A DNA stretch of 64,000 nt from Paramecium tetraurelia (lineage: Eukaryota): assembly GCA_000165425.1 (NCBI GenBank), contig CT868673.1, positions 62,001 to 126,000 of the forward strand. The letters run 5' to 3'. Numbering within the stretch: the stretch's first letter is position 1; each line of letters starts with the position of its first letter. Shown piece by piece: positions 62,746 to 64,000 of the stretch. Made by a program: the position numbers and the translations under genes. The notes beneath the pieces are model-generated. The model saw only the letters and a program-made list of their open reading frames with translations, was not told where the DNA came from and made no database searches.

Positions 62746-64000
62746 TCACACCAATATAACTTAAGAGTTGTAGTGAATGTCTTTAACTAATTAAAACTTT
62801 AATTCATCAGAATGTTTGATTCTAATAGTGCAGATAGGATGATCCAAATCCTAAAGTATTCTCATCTTGAACCTCAGAGATTGTCTTAATTCTTCTTTCT
62901 TCTATAATACTTTGAGTTGATGTTCCTTCTTCTATTTCTCAAATCTAATCTTCTAACATTCCTTCCTTTGTTAATCAATTAAGGATTCCTGTTTTTGATT
63001 GATCTTTTGATAATGAGCATAAAAGTGATCAAAGTTTGCTCTAACTCCATCAAAGATCGAGGCTCTATTCCGATCAACTAGCATCAGTTTAACCTTTTTT
63101 TTATTCTTCTTCGTTCTATCAGCAATCATTAAGGTTCTATTGTTGGTTGTGTAAATGAGTGATTTGTTCAGTTGATGAACACCCAACTTGGTGTATGTAT
63201 CGACATCCCAACTCGATAGCATCGTTGGATTCTTAGGCCAAATCACGCCCTTATCCTTTGTTAGTTGATATTGTTCATCCATAAAGTCAATGAGATCTGG
63301 TGATAAGGACATCGGACAAAACTGATAGGAACACTCGTTGTTGGAACATGATTCAAAATACCTTGTTTCTGTTGTCTCTCTATTATTCCAATAGGTCTTC
63401 TGATTTGTAAAAACACTTCAGCTCCTTTAAGTTGCCAAATAAATCATTGCAATTATTGAATGTATTTACAAAGTTAAACTCCTCTTCTTTGATTAACTGC
63501 AATTTCAGCAACTCTCTCTATTTTACTTGTCTCAGCAAATTAAGTGCAATCAAGTTCTCATTCAATAGGATTTCCCTTGCAACATCAATACTTTGTATAT
63601 CCATGTGCTTCTATCGTTTTTACTTATAGGCCTTGCTAGGTCTAAAAGCCACATTCATTCGATAACTAAAATTGCTATAATAAATTTACTCATTCTCTTG
63701 AGCACGCATGAAGACTCTCAAAAGTGGCCTCTATAGTCTTTCAACTTTTTTATTATAATAGGTTTCATCATATTCCAATGTATTGAGTAACGAATATTGT
63801 TTAGAATAATTACGATTAGTATTCAGATGACGCCTAAGATCCAATTGCTGCATTACTTTGGGGTCAATGCCAGCTTCCAAATCTTCTTCATCGCAAGAGT
63901 ACTCGTTTTCATCAGGGTACACTATATTGGTGTGAATGTAAACAGTAGGCAATTTGAGTGCGGCCTAAGCAACAGTTGAAATAGTCACATAATTGGGTAC
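62746..64000 (-). CDS. Enhancer-of-polycomb-like (EPL1/EPC, NuA4 subunit) protein, 5' end outside the window
   Basis: LKLPTVYIH...EYSCDEED, then NVAFRP...KR and ALNLLRQVKQRELLKLQL follow the EPcA/EPL1 motif order. Open in the ciliate code to TGA 62746-62748. Confidence 0.6.

Noticed and set aside
301..63979. Most ORFs in the supplied track, including many Phe/Leu/Ile/Ser-rich short ORFs
   Set aside because: They were computed with TAA and TAG as stops. They are fragments of real genes, off-frame readings, or antisense shadows of K/E/Q-rich coding strands.
1..64000. CRISPR arrays, transposases, telomeric repeats, tRNA or rRNA genes, retained IESs
   Set aside because: None recognised by eye. 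IES retention cannot be judged without a germline or macronuclear reference.

Overview
This is very AT-rich, gene-dense eukaryotic DNA that reads as ciliate macronuclear sequence, most likely Paramecium of the aurelia group (inference). TAA and TAG encode Gln, TGA is the only stop, introns are tiny (about 21-33 nt, GT..AG) and many intergenic gaps are under 60 nt. The supplied ORF track uses the wrong genetic code, so I re-translated genes by hand; boundaries are hand-derived. About 30 protein genes are supported. These include a PHO80-type cyclin, NDOR1, CDC27, an ATXR5/6-TXR1-type PHD-SET protein, SPB1, RLP7/RPL7-like, LARP4-like, F-BAR, VPS35L, a PAP2 phosphatase, a Neverland-type Rieske sterol desaturase, a MORN protein, a 12.7 kb DNAH6-type dynein heavy chain, a glycogen debranching enzyme, RPS12 and EPL1-like. 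A casein kinase 1 pseudogene is also present. Highlights: (1) an intergenic double-hairpin box H/ACA snoRNA at about 17455-17585 whose two pockets match LSU rRNA peptidyl-transferase-region uridines (yeast U2865 and A-loop U2923), about 4 kb from SPB1, which methylates the adjacent G2922; (2) at least 14 frameshifts, almost all +1, in an otherwise intact dynein gene, most likely assembly errors; (3) a 29-nt intron built largely from pieces of the neighbouring exon; (4) unusual domain architectures (VHS-coiled coil-alpha-adaptin ear; debranching enzyme with an internal CBM48 and altered glucosidase motifs). No tRNA, rRNA, transposon, telomere or CRISPR was seen.
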